IMG/VR virus record: IMGVR_UViG_3300029505_000002 | Length of the DNA stretch: 64,000 bases | Direction: 5' to 3' (one strand) | Source of the DNA: a virus | Lineage: Duplodnaviria > Heunggongvirae > Uroviricota > Caudoviricetes | Shown here: one piece after another, positions 54,324 through 62,615 of the stretch | How the letters are laid out: each line of letters starts with the position of its first letter | How positions within the stretch are numbered: the stretch's first letter is position 1 | The notes under the pieces: model-generated | Seen by the model: the letters and a program-made list of their open reading frames with translations, nothing else | Database searches by the model: none | Told to the model about the DNA's origin: nothing | Program-made: the position numbers and the translations under genes

Positions 54324-55997
54324 TTATTCCTCCTCTTTTATAATAAACATTTTATTTAAAATCATATCTGCCATTTTTTCTGTATTACCTATCTCGATAT
54401 ATCTTTCTAATTCTTTTTTATATTCTTCCATACTAACAATATATTTATCTTGAGATTGTAATCTATTCTCTTCTTTACAAATGTCATATAAAGTTTTATT
54501 TTCACTTGAAACATTTGGTAATTCAGTTTTTACCATATCTGATACTTTTTTAATAGTTTTGTTTTTTAACTCTTTTTCAGTTCTTTTAATTTTGGTTTCC
54601 ATTTTAATACTTGCTTCTTCTTTTTTATTTTTAATAATTCCATTTATATATTGTACAAGAGTTTTTTCTATCTCTTGTTTTAAATTGCTATATAAATCAT
54701 TTAATATTTCACAAGTAAATGCAGAACCAAAATCTTTTAAGAGTTTTAAAATTTTATTATCAACATTTTTATTCCAAGCTTTACTAACATATATGTTTCT
54801 TTTAGCTTTTGTAATAGCTTTGGATAATTGTTCATCTATTTCTACATCTGATAGAGCATCTACCGTTATAGGTTCATTTTCATTATTTGTTTTTATTATT
54901 TGTTGCCTCATAGTAAATTTAATTTCTTTAAAATTATAATTTGGAATTAATTCATACTCTATGCACATTCCTGTTTTTACTTTTATATCTGCAATAGTAG
55001 GAATTAGAAATCTATTTACTAAGTGTTGCTTGTTCTTTAAATAACTTTCAGGCAATTGAAAAAAACCTTTGCATTGTTCTTTAGTTATAGTTACATATCC
55101 AAATTTAATATGATCTTTTAAAAAGGAATATAGTCTTATCGAATATTTTCCAGTAAGTTTATGTGTATTTTTTTCTTGTAGATGTACATATACTTCTGGC
55201 ATTAATAAATATTTTAATATTTCATCTGGTATCTGATAGCTCATCCAAGTCATTCTTTTCTTTTGAATAAAAGCAATACTAGCAATCATATTAGATACAG
55301 ATTCTATTTTAAGATTTTTTTTATCAATATAATTAAATGATAATTGTATTTTAGAAGCTTTTATAAGATTATCTTTTAATCTCTTAGAATTCATACCTAA
55401 TCTATTAGAAAAGGAAGTGAAATCTATAATTTTAGTTCTTCCATATCTGTTTAAAGTTTCATATACACATATATCCTTAATAGATTCTATTAGTTCTATT
55501 AATTCGTTATCTGTATATACTAAAAGTTCCATATTTTTCATAGATAGTTTTTTAACATCTATACCCTCTATATCAAGAAGATATTTTTCTTTTTTAGTTT
55601 TATCTATTAAAGAAGAATGTGCAGCTTCTATTTTTTTTCTTAAAATTTCTTCTTTAAGTTTTGGAACTTCTTCTGATTTTATTTTAGAAAAATCAATATT
55701 TATCTTTTTTATACCATCTTTAACATATGCAATCTTTAATAGATTATCTATTGTTTTGCTATCACTAAATAATCTACGTAGATAAGGTTTATATATGTCA
55801 AAGAATAATTTTTGTAATTCCATTTGAGTATCTGCTAATATAGATATAATACTTTTTTCAGTATCTATATTGTAATACTCTTGCTCTGTTGTAAATGTTA
55901 CTAGAGCGCTGTGTTGTTTCAATATTCTATCTGATTCAATAATTTCATTTTTTTTTAATCTCATCAAGAAAACAACTCCTGTAGTTTCATGTTTCAT
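54324..55997 (-). CDS. plasmid replication initiator (Rep_3 / RepB-like)
   Basis: C-terminal KYSIRLYSFLKDHIKFGYVTITKEQCKGFFQLPESYL...RFLIPTIADIKVKTGMCIEYE follows the Rep_3 pattern (Y.IRLYE.L...G...i....l...l.lp..Y......r.vl.pai.ein); iterons lie immediately upstream. Confidence 0.6.
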   Translation of the reverse strand: MKHETTGVVFLMRLKKNEIIESDRILKQHSALVTFTTEQEYYNIDTEKSIISILADTQMELQKLFFDIYKPYLRRLFSDSKTIDNLLKIAYVKDGIKKINIDFSKIKSEEVPKLKEEILRKKIEAAHSSLIDKTKKEKYLLDIEGIDVKKLSMKNMELLVYTDNELIELIESIKDICVYETLNRYGRTKIIDFTSFSNRLGMNSKRLKDNLIKASKIQLSFNYIDKKNLKIESVSNMIASIAFIQKKRMTWMSYQIPDEILKYLLMPEVYVHLQEKNTHKLTGKYSIRLYSFLKDHIKFGYVTITKEQCKGFFQLPESYLKNKQHLVNRFLIPTIADIKVKTGMCIEYELIPNYNFKEIKFTMRQQIIKTNNENEPITVDALSDVEIDEQLSKAITKAKRNIYVSKAWNKNVDNKILKLLKDFGSAFTCEILNDLYSNLKQEIEKTLVQYINGIIKNKKEEASIKMETKIKRTEKELKNKTIKKVSDMVKTELPNVSSENKTLYDICKEENRLQSQDKYIVSMEEYKKELERYIEIGNTEKMADMILNKMFIIKEEE

Positions 55998-56063
55998 GTT
56001 TCAAGAGTTTTGTTGTTTAGTGCTTTGTTACTGCTTGAAAACTAAGGCTTTTGAAGACATACT

Positions 56064-56121
56064 TGTAACAAACTGTAACACAAATATAACACTCTGTAAC
56101 CGAAGTATAACTTCCTGTAAC
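56064..56121. repeat. iterons: six T(G/A)TAAC repeats at alternating 10/11-bp spacing (candidate oriV)
   Basis: TGTAAC at 56064, 56074, 56095 and 56116; TATAAC at 56085 and 56106; nearby direct repeats gtttcat x3 (55985..56005), aact(c)ctaactttttgaaa x2 (56127..56163), acttgaaacat x2. Confidence 0.65.
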
Positions 56122-56278
56122 AAAGAACTAACTTTTTGAAATGAACTCCTAACTTTTTGAAACAAAAAAACTTGAAACATTTAGTAATTATATTTTTTTA
56201 TATTTTTCTTTATTTTAACATTTTTTCTATAATAATTACTAGGATTTTTTTAAACTTGAAACATTCTGTAAAAGAAAA

Positions 56279-56302
56279 AAGGTAGAGAAATTAATCTCTA
56301 CC
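56279..56302 (-). terminator. rho-independent terminator after the SPFH gene
   Basis: aaaaaaggtagagaaattaatctctacc (AATTAA-loop family). Confidence 0.55.
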
Positions 56303-56310
56303 TTCAATTA

Positions 56311-57510
56311 TTATTGATTTATTTTCTTTTGAATTTCAAGAGCTTGATTAATTCCAATCATATCCAAAGGATTAACTTTTCCATTTTCTCCACCAGTAAC
56401 AACTATTTGAGGAACCTTCATTTGTGCTAATTCTCTAGCAACTCCTATAGCAGTTTCTTTTTCAATAGTTGCTCTTTCAAGAGGAGTAAGACCTGCTTGT
56501 ACAAGTTTAGCATTAGCTTTTGCTTCAGCATCTTTAGTAACTAATAACGCTTTAGCATCTTCTTCAGCAGCTTGTCTATTTAATTGAGCAGTTGCAAGTT
56601 GTTGTTCTGCTTGAAGAATAGCAACTTGTTTTTCTTTTTCAGCAGCAGTAACAGCTTTCATCTTTTCAACTTCTTCTCTACCTCTTTGTACTTCAACCAT
56701 TTCTCTAGCTTTAGCTTTTGCAGTTTCTGCAGCTTGCTTAGCTGTTTCCATGTTTTGTTGAGCCACAAGAGCTTCTAAGGCAACTACTTTACGTTTTTCG
56801 ATAAATTCCATAGCTTTTTCATCAAGTCTTATATCTTCAATATTAAGACCTAACAATTGCACTCCAAATTTATCAAATTTGGATTCTTTAGAAATAACTT
56901 CTTTTCCATTCTCATCTTTTTTTGTATAAACAATTACTTCTTGAGTTGGTTTTCCAAGTTCATCTGTTGTTTTTACAGTTTCTTTTACTTGAGTGAAAAG
57001 ACCTTGTTCTAATTGATCTTCAACCATCTTAATAAAATTTGCCTTATCATATGAATAAGCTCCTTCTCCTTTAAAGAATGGCGAAGTTGCTTTTACTACT
57101 TCCGAAGTTGATTTAATAATTAAGTTGTTAATTACTTGTTCATTACTTCTTCCATAGATAGTGTGCAGAGCAATTCTTTGTTCATTACTTGTTGGTAATA
57201 AATATTGAATGTTACCATTTACGTGACCTTTGGTACCATCTCTGAATATTACACCAATAGATTGCCCTCCGTCATCCTCATCATTATCTGAGAATTGATA
57301 GATTCCTGCCATATCATATCTTGTAATGTTTGATACCATACCTGTCCAATGCCATCCTGGTTTATCTAGAACTACAAGGTCACCATTCATCTTTTGAACT
57401 ATTTTATAACATCCAGCATCAACTCTTTCGGTAACAAAAGGTACTGCTATTAAACCAACTATTACTAATCCTAAACCTGCTATTGCTATTCCTATTTTTT
57501 TAAAATTCAT
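56311..57510 (-). CDS. SPFH/band-7 domain membrane protein (flotillin/HflK-like)
   Basis: N-terminal TM helix, SPFH-like region, then an Ala/Glu/Lys/Gln-rich coiled coil (AKQAAETAKAKAREMVEVQRGREEVEKMKAV...) typical of band-7 proteins. Confidence 0.6.
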   Translation of the reverse strand: MNFKKIGIAIAGLGLVIVGLIAVPFVTERVDAGCYKIVQKMNGDLVVLDKPGWHWTGMVSNITRYDMAGIYQFSDNDEDDGGQSIGVIFRDGTKGHVNGNIQYLLPTSNEQRIALHTIYGRSNEQVINNLIIKSTSEVVKATSPFFKGEGAYSYDKANFIKMVEDQLEQGLFTQVKETVKTTDELGKPTQEVIVYTKKDENGKEVISKESKFDKFGVQLLGLNIEDIRLDEKAMEFIEKRKVVALEALVAQQNMETAKQAAETAKAKAREMVEVQRGREEVEKMKAVTAAEKEKQVAILQAEQQLATAQLNRQAAEEDAKALLVTKDAEAKANAKLVQAGLTPLERATIEKETAIGVARELAQMKVPQIVVTGGENGKVNPLDMIGINQALEIQKKINQ

Positions 57511-57788
57511 TTTAACTCTCCTTCACTTCTTCCTATTTTAATTAATTTTAATTTTTGAATATAATCAGAACATGAATTGTAAGGTGCTTGCAAAATTATA
57601 ATATCTTCAGTTTGATTTTTAACTTGAAACTCAGATATTTTAGAGTTGTACTCTAATGAATACAACTCTAATGTTTCTTTATTTAAGTAAAATTCTCTGA
57701 AAAATCTTTGTTTTTCATCATATACTTTGAATAAATATAGCAATCCAACTATACATAATATTACTAATATTAATACAAAAGAATACAT
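57507..57788 (-). CDS. small membrane protein (NfeD-like partner of the SPFH protein)
   Basis: 93 aa with an N-terminal TM helix; translationally coupled upstream of the SPFH gene as in nfeD-band7 operons. Confidence 0.4.
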   Translation of the reverse strand: MYSFVLILVILCIVGLLYLFKVYDEKQRFFREFYLNKETLELYSLEYNSKISEFQVKNQTEDIIILQAPYNSCSDYIQKLKLIKIGRSEGELK

Positions 57789-57796
57789 GCTAACAC

Positions 57797-58237
57797 CTAC
57801 TTACCTGTATGTCCGAATCCACCTTCTCCTCTTTCAGTTTCATCTAAGACATCTACTTCTTGAAATACTGCTTGAACAACTGGTGTTAAGATTAATTGAG
57901 CAATTCTTTCTCCTGGTTGGACTGTATAAGATTCTCTTGATAAGTTAACTAAAATAACACCGATTTCTCCTATATAATCGCTATCCAGAGTCCCCGGCGA
58001 ATTAAGCACTGTTAATCCGTGTTTTTTAGCTAATCCACTTCTTGGTCTAACTTGAACTTCATATCCATCTGGAATACCAAATTTTAATCCTGTTGGAATT
58101 AACACTCTGTCTAATGGTTGTAATTCAATCTCTTTTGAAATATGTGCTCTTACGTCCATTCCTGCTGATCCTGATGTTTCGTATTTAGGTAATACTACTC
58201 CTTCTGCTTTAATTACTTTTACTACTTCTTGTTTCAT
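57797..58237 (-). CDS. dut: dUTP diphosphatase
   Basis: all five dUTPase motifs: GSAGMDV, RPRSGLA, SPGTLDSDYIGE, ERIAQL, RGEGGFGHTG. Confidence 0.9.
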   Translation of the reverse strand: MKQEVVKVIKAEGVVLPKYETSGSAGMDVRAHISKEIELQPLDRVLIPTGLKFGIPDGYEVQVRPRSGLAKKHGLTVLNSPGTLDSDYIGEIGVILVNLSRESYTVQPGERIAQLILTPVVQAVFQEVDVLDETERGEGGFGHTGK

Positions 58238-58260
58238 TTAAAATCCCTCCGTTTATAATT

Positions 58261-58410
58261 TTATTTTAAAAAAGCTATGTAAAAAGCTATAGATAATATT
58301 GGAATTGGAAAAACAAGCCATTTCCAACCTCTTTTATTAGTTTTGTCTATGTATCTCATATAGCCTATAACGATTAAAGACAAAATTATCCCTATAATAT
58401 CATAAGTCAT
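58261..58410 (-). CDS. unlisted small membrane protein (49 aa)
   Basis: AGGTGAGGAATA-ATG; start overlaps the upstream stop (TAATG); MTYDIIGIILSLIVIGYMRYIDKTNKRGWKWLVFPIPILSIAFYIAFLK has two TM segments. Confidence 0.35.
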   Translation of the reverse strand: MTYDIIGIILSLIVIGYMRYIDKTNKRGWKWLVFPIPILSIAFYIAFLK

Positions 58411-58679
58411 TATTCCTCACCTAGATATATAGATCTATTTTCAAATTTTTTATATGCATCAATATAAAGTTCTTTTTTATCACCATTAAATGTACATTCG
58501 TAATACATGCCATCTGGCAATGAAGAACTAAATAGTCCTTTATGATTTTGTAATGATTTACAATACCATACATTGTATACATCGTATTCTACATTTATAT
58601 CAGTTTTGTCTAAGTGTTCATTTATATAATTTCTTATAAATTCTTCACATAGATTTTTAAATTCTTTTGATCCTATCAT
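58410..58679 (-). CDS. hypothetical protein
   Basis: 89-aa ORF. Confidence 0.4.
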   Translation of the reverse strand: MIGSKEFKNLCEEFIRNYINEHLDKTDINVEYDVYNVWYCKSLQNHKGLFSSSLPDGMYYECTFNGDKKELYIDAYKKFENRSIYLGEE

Positions 58680-58695
58680 TTTATATTCCTTCCTT

Positions 58696-59013
58696 TTAAC
58701 AATTATTTAAAAACTCATATAAGCTTTTATCATAAGTAAAATCTTCTGGTAGATCTACTACCATTTTGTCATTAAGCATATTCTTTTTATAATAAATAAT
58801 TTTACTTAATGAATGAACTGCATTTCTGCTTATAGCAAGTCTTGATTCAACATTACCTTTTCTCCTTTTAGTAGTCTTACCTTGCTTTTTATGTTTAGAA
58901 TATTTCAAATGAGAAAAGGTTTTATTATATAATTCATATTTTTTTAATAAATATCCGAGAGAGCATGTGGTGGCAAAATACAAACAAATATCATTATGTT
59001 TGCTTATTGCCAT
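58696..59013 (-). CDS. hypothetical protein
   Basis: 105-aa ORF. Confidence 0.4.
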   Translation of the reverse strand: MAISKHNDICLYFATTCSLGYLLKKYELYNKTFSHLKYSKHKKQGKTTKRRKGNVESRLAISRNAVHSLSKIIYYKKNMLNDKMVVDLPEDFTYDKSLYEFLNNC

Positions 59014-59360
59014 TTATTAAAAGTTTCCATCATATCCTTTAAAAATTCTTCAAATGTAATTTCTTCTTTGTCAGTATTTTCCACTTTTTCTTTTGCTCTT
59101 ATTTCTTCTTCTAACATTCTATAAGTTGATTCAAAATGCTTAAATGCGTTTGACATTGTTTCTATTTCTTGATTTTTTTTATCTTCTAACATACCTAAAT
59201 ATTTTTCACATTGTTCTATTTTGTTTTTTGTTTCTTTTAATGATTTATTAGAATCTTCAACTAATTTAAAAATCTTGTTGAATTTCTCATGTTTTTCATT
59301 TGAAATTAACCCTTCGTTATCCCATTTTTCTAATTGGTTTATTTTTTCTAAAAAATTCAT
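59004..59360 (-). CDS. hypothetical coiled-coil protein
   Basis: 118-aa ORF. Confidence 0.4.
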   Translation of the reverse strand: MNFLEKINQLEKWDNEGLISNEKHEKFNKIFKLVEDSNKSLKETKNKIEQCEKYLGMLEDKKNQEIETMSNAFKHFESTYRMLEEEIRAKEKVENTDKEEITFEEFLKDMMETFNKWQ

Positions 59361-60367
59361 AATATAATCTCCTTTACTCTTTTGATTGAATTAAATATTT
59401 TTCTTCTTCCTTTATAATTTTGACAATTTGTACGATGAAAACAAACTCTTGCCTGTTCGCAAAGTTCACAATCATCGTTATTTGTTGTTTTTACATGTAA
59501 TCCTTCTAACCATATTCTTAATATTTTTATTAGGTCATATTCATTAAAGACACCATTTATATTTTCGAATACAAATTCTTTTCTTTCCTTCATAAGAGGA
59601 AAATATACTATTAATTTATTAATATGTATAAGTTCTTTATTGTTAAAGAATTTTCTTAATTCTTCTTTAGGATAGAAATAAAACATGTATTGAATAATTA
59701 ATGAAAAATAGTAATGCCTATGCACTAATTTTTCATGTATTCTTAATGGTGCTGTTATGACAAGATTTAATCCCTCCCTTGATTTTTGTAAGTTTATAAA
59801 GTCTAATATAAAGATTGGATCTCCTTCTACTTCATCCCAGTCAATTAATGATAATGTTGAAAGATATTTTTTATTTAAAGTTGAAACTCTATAAGTTAAA
59901 TACTTTCTTAAATCAGCTTTTACTGTTACAAAGCTAGAAATAGAATCTTCAATATCATCTTCTAGTAGTAAAGCAAAATGACATTCTAATTCTTTATATA
60001 TCTTTTCTTTAATAGACATTTGATAATCATAATCTTTAAACATTCTTTTTGCATTTTCTAATAACTCTTTTTCTATTATTGTTATTGCCATCTTTTTATA
60101 AGTATCAAAGTCTAATTTTCCATTTGTTTTTATTAATTGAAATGCTTTATAATATATTTTTTTTAAAATACTATATTCAAGCATTTCTCCATATGGAACA
60201 TATTTTCTTGTTTTAATAGAATTAATTTTTTTATTCCTAGAACTATAACTTTTAACAATTATTTCTTTACTGTTTGAGAAAGCTCTATATGGACATTTGT
60301 TATATTCATATACAAAGAATTCATCCATCTTGAAATTTACAAAGTTACATTTGTACTTTTTCTCCAT
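59357..60367 (-). CDS. hypothetical protein with C-terminal C-x2-C-x5-C motif (possible Cas4-like Fe-S nuclease)
   Basis: CELCEQARVC near the C-terminus plus an N-terminal Cys; nuclease core motifs not clearly recognisable. Confidence 0.3.
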   Translation of the reverse strand: MEKKYKCNFVNFKMDEFFVYEYNKCPYRAFSNSKEIIVKSYSSRNKKINSIKTRKYVPYGEMLEYSILKKIYYKAFQLIKTNGKLDFDTYKKMAITIIEKELLENAKRMFKDYDYQMSIKEKIYKELECHFALLLEDDIEDSISSFVTVKADLRKYLTYRVSTLNKKYLSTLSLIDWDEVEGDPIFILDFINLQKSREGLNLVITAPLRIHEKLVHRHYYFSLIIQYMFYFYPKEELRKFFNNKELIHINKLIVYFPLMKERKEFVFENINGVFNEYDLIKILRIWLEGLHVKTTNNDDCELCEQARVCFHRTNCQNYKGRRKIFNSIKRVKEIIL

Positions 60368-60400
60368 ATTTTCACCTCTCAGTAAATTAAAACAGAGAAC

Positions 60401-60730
60401 TTACTCTTCAGCAAATTCTCCGATTCTTTTTGTCTTTTTTAGTTCTTTTAAATAATTAAATAATTCTTCTTTTTCTTCTAAAAATTTATATTGTTGAGAA
60501 CATTCTTTTAAACTAATACACCTATCACAAATACCTTTTATTTCATTTAGTATATTTAATGATTCATCAATATCTTCATCGAATAAAAGTTCATATGTTT
60601 CTAAATATGTATAATCATTTGTATCATGATCAACAGAACAAAAAACATTTCCAGATATAACAAATGTATTTCGATTGGCTTTAAAGAAGAAATAAGATAT
60701 TGTATCTCTTTTAAATTTATATACTTCCAT
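60401..60730 (-). CDS. hypothetical protein
   Basis: 109-aa ORF. Confidence 0.4.
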   Translation of the reverse strand: MEVYKFKRDTISYFFFKANRNTFVISGNVFCSVDHDTNDYTYLETYELLFDEDIDESLNILNEIKGICDRCISLKECSQQYKFLEEKEELFNYLKELKKTKRIGEFAEE

Positions 60731-61094
60731 TTAATTTAGCTCTCAACTCCCTTTTGATAGAACTAATTATCAATGATAAAGTAGATCTATTTGTTATATG
60801 AGTTAACACAAGTCTATTGTTTTCGTCTAACGAATCATTTATTATTTTATTATTTGGAATTCTTAAAAATTTATTAATTGCTCTTCTAATGTCTTTATTA
60901 AATAATATTTCATATTCATCCAATGGAGTTCTCCAATTATATATTGCATCAAAATAATAAGTTATATGAATATTAACTTCTTTATTTGAATTTATAGTAT
61001 AATCAATAACATATTCATTTCCAAAAGTTATATTTAAAGACATATAAGAGTTTTCTCTTTCTATTTTAAAAATCTTGATCATAAATCCTCCCAT
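60717..61094 (-). CDS. hypothetical protein
   Basis: 125-aa ORF. Confidence 0.4.
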   Translation of the reverse strand: MGGFMIKIFKIERENSYMSLNITFGNEYVIDYTINSNKEVNIHITYYFDAIYNWRTPLDEYEILFNKDIRRAINKFLRIPNNKIINDSLDENNRLVLTHITNRSTLSLIISSIKRELRAKLNGSI

Positions 61095-61132
61095 AAAAAA
61101 AGAGTCTTTATGACTCCTTAATAACTATTATT

Positions 61133-61208
61133 TGGTGCTTGCTACAGGAATTGAACCTGCTACCTATTGCTTACCATGCAATTGCTCTACCTATTGAGCT
61201 AAGCAAGC
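61133..61208 (-). tRNA. tRNA-Thr (anticodon GGU)
   Basis: manual fold: acceptor GCTTGCT/AGCAAGC, D-arm GCTC-AATAGGTA-GAGC, anticodon stem ATTGC/GCAAT with loop ATGGTAA, T-arm GCAGG-TTCAATT-CCTGT, discriminator A, CCA encoded; 76 nt. Confidence 0.7.
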
Positions 61209-61219
61209 ACTTTTGGTTA

Positions 61220-61513
61220 TTATACTTCCTTTCTTTTTTCTTGAAAAATATTAAGAAAAATACTTTTGATTTTATTGCATAATTCCTTGTTATTAACATT
61301 ACAATTTAAACAACTTTCAAATACCTTTTCAGGATTATCAAAAACATTATTTACATTTTCATCAAATAAAGTTTCATATTCTTCATATTCTTCTTCAATA
61401 TGTGGGTCAACAATAATAGGACATTTAATCTGTTCTTCTAATATTATACCTATTTCATCGTCAAGTAATACTTTTTGTCCTTTATTGTTTATTATTAACT
61501 TCATTGTAATCAC
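61220..61513 (-). CDS. hypothetical acidic protein
   Basis: 97-aa ORF; palindrome copy 5 lies 15-30 bp upstream of its start. Confidence 0.4.
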   Translation of the reverse strand: MITMKLIINNKGQKVLLDDEIGIILEEQIKCPIIVDPHIEEEYEEYETLFDENVNNVFDNPEKVFESCLNCNVNNKELCNKIKSIFLNIFQEKRKEV

Positions 61514-61529
61514 CTACCTTTTTAAATTT

Positions 61530-61543
61530 TTCCGCATGCGGAA
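61530..61543. repeat. copy 5 of palindrome TTCCGCATGCGGAA (minus orientation)
   Basis: identical 14-mer at 61530..61543. Confidence 0.7.
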
Positions 61544-61545
61544 TT

Positions 61546-61833
61546 TTAAAATTTAAAACCATTCTTACAGTCACATTCATTACTGTTCTTATAAGTAATT
61601 TTAGGTTTAGTAACAAATTTAACTATATTCTTAATGATATAAGAAACAATTATAACTCCAGCAAATTTAATTAATTCAGGAATATATATCATATAAAGGC
61701 TTACAATTCCTATAATAGCTATTTGTAAAACATCATATTTTATTTCTTTATCATCATTACATTCACAAGCATTTTGTATTCGTGTATATATAGCTATACC
61801 TATTAATGCTAAAAATATTAATTTACTAATCAT
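61546..61833 (-). CDS. small membrane protein
   Basis: 95 aa, two hydrophobic helices, CECND/CDCKN pairs. Confidence 0.4.
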   Translation of the reverse strand: MISKLIFLALIGIAIYTRIQNACECNDDKEIKYDVLQIAIIGIVSLYMIYIPELIKFAGVIIVSYIIKNIVKFVTKPKITYKNSNECDCKNGFKF

Positions 61834-61845
61834 CTAAATCACTTC

Positions 61846-62439
61846 CTATACATAATGTTTTCCAATATAATCTTCTAATGTTTTATCAGAATTGTGAATA
61901 TCATCTATTTTTATTCTTTTAATAATTTTACAAGGATAATATCCTCTATAATTTTCACAACCGTATCTGTTAGTTTTTTGTGGTTTCTTTTGAAAACCTT
62001 CAAATACTTCTAGTTCATTTGTATCTAGATTTATAATATATCCATATTCACAAAACAAAGAATCTTTTATAAAGTTATGATTGTCACACATTATATTTAC
62101 TGTATGATATCTATCATATTTTTCTAAATCTCCTTGAAAGTTATGTAATAAAGAATACATATCTTCATCTATTAACTCATTTTTATCATCATAGGAGAAA
62201 AGGATTTCTAATCCATTTTTTTCTTCTTCTGTTAATTCAGATATTTTTTTATTCTCATCTACAAGCATTAACCTATCATACAAATCATTCATTTCTTCAA
62301 TAGAATGTTTTTTGATATAATCAAACATTTGTTCTCCTAAACATGAAGGATAACTATCATAGTGGTTATAACTTGTTTTATCTTTTTTATTTTTTCTGAA
62401 ACCATAAATTCCTCTAGTTCCCATTCTTATCACAAACAA
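61846..62439 (-). CDS. hypothetical protein
   Basis: 197-aa ORF. Confidence 0.45.
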   Translation of the reverse strand: MFVIRMGTRGIYGFRKNKKDKTSYNHYDSYPSCLGEQMFDYIKKHSIEEMNDLYDRLMLVDENKKISELTEEEKNGLEILFSYDDKNELIDEDMYSLLHNFQGDLEKYDRYHTVNIMCDNHNFIKDSLFCEYGYIINLDTNELEVFEGFQKKPQKTNRYGCENYRGYYPCKIIKRIKIDDIHNSDKTLEDYIGKHYV

Positions 62440-62605
62440 TAAGCTAGGAAGCCCACAACTTTAGTCGTTGGGAGGAATAGCTTTTGCTAGCTTCCTTTGC
62501 TTATAAACTCCTTTTTTTTATTTTTTCCTCTTTTTCAATATAAATCGTATTAATTCCTATTTTTATGATATAATATTATTGTATTAAATCAATTTTTAAG
62601 GAGGT
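62440..62605. other. GC-richer structured region; candidate left end of a second IS605-family element
   Basis: taagctaggaagcccacaactttagtcgttgggaggaatagcttttgctagcttcc contains imperfect inverted repeats (ggaagc/gcttcc, cccacaac/gtcgttggg) immediately upstream of the TnpB-like gene. Confidence 0.3.
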
Positions 62606-62615
62606 GAGTAATCCT

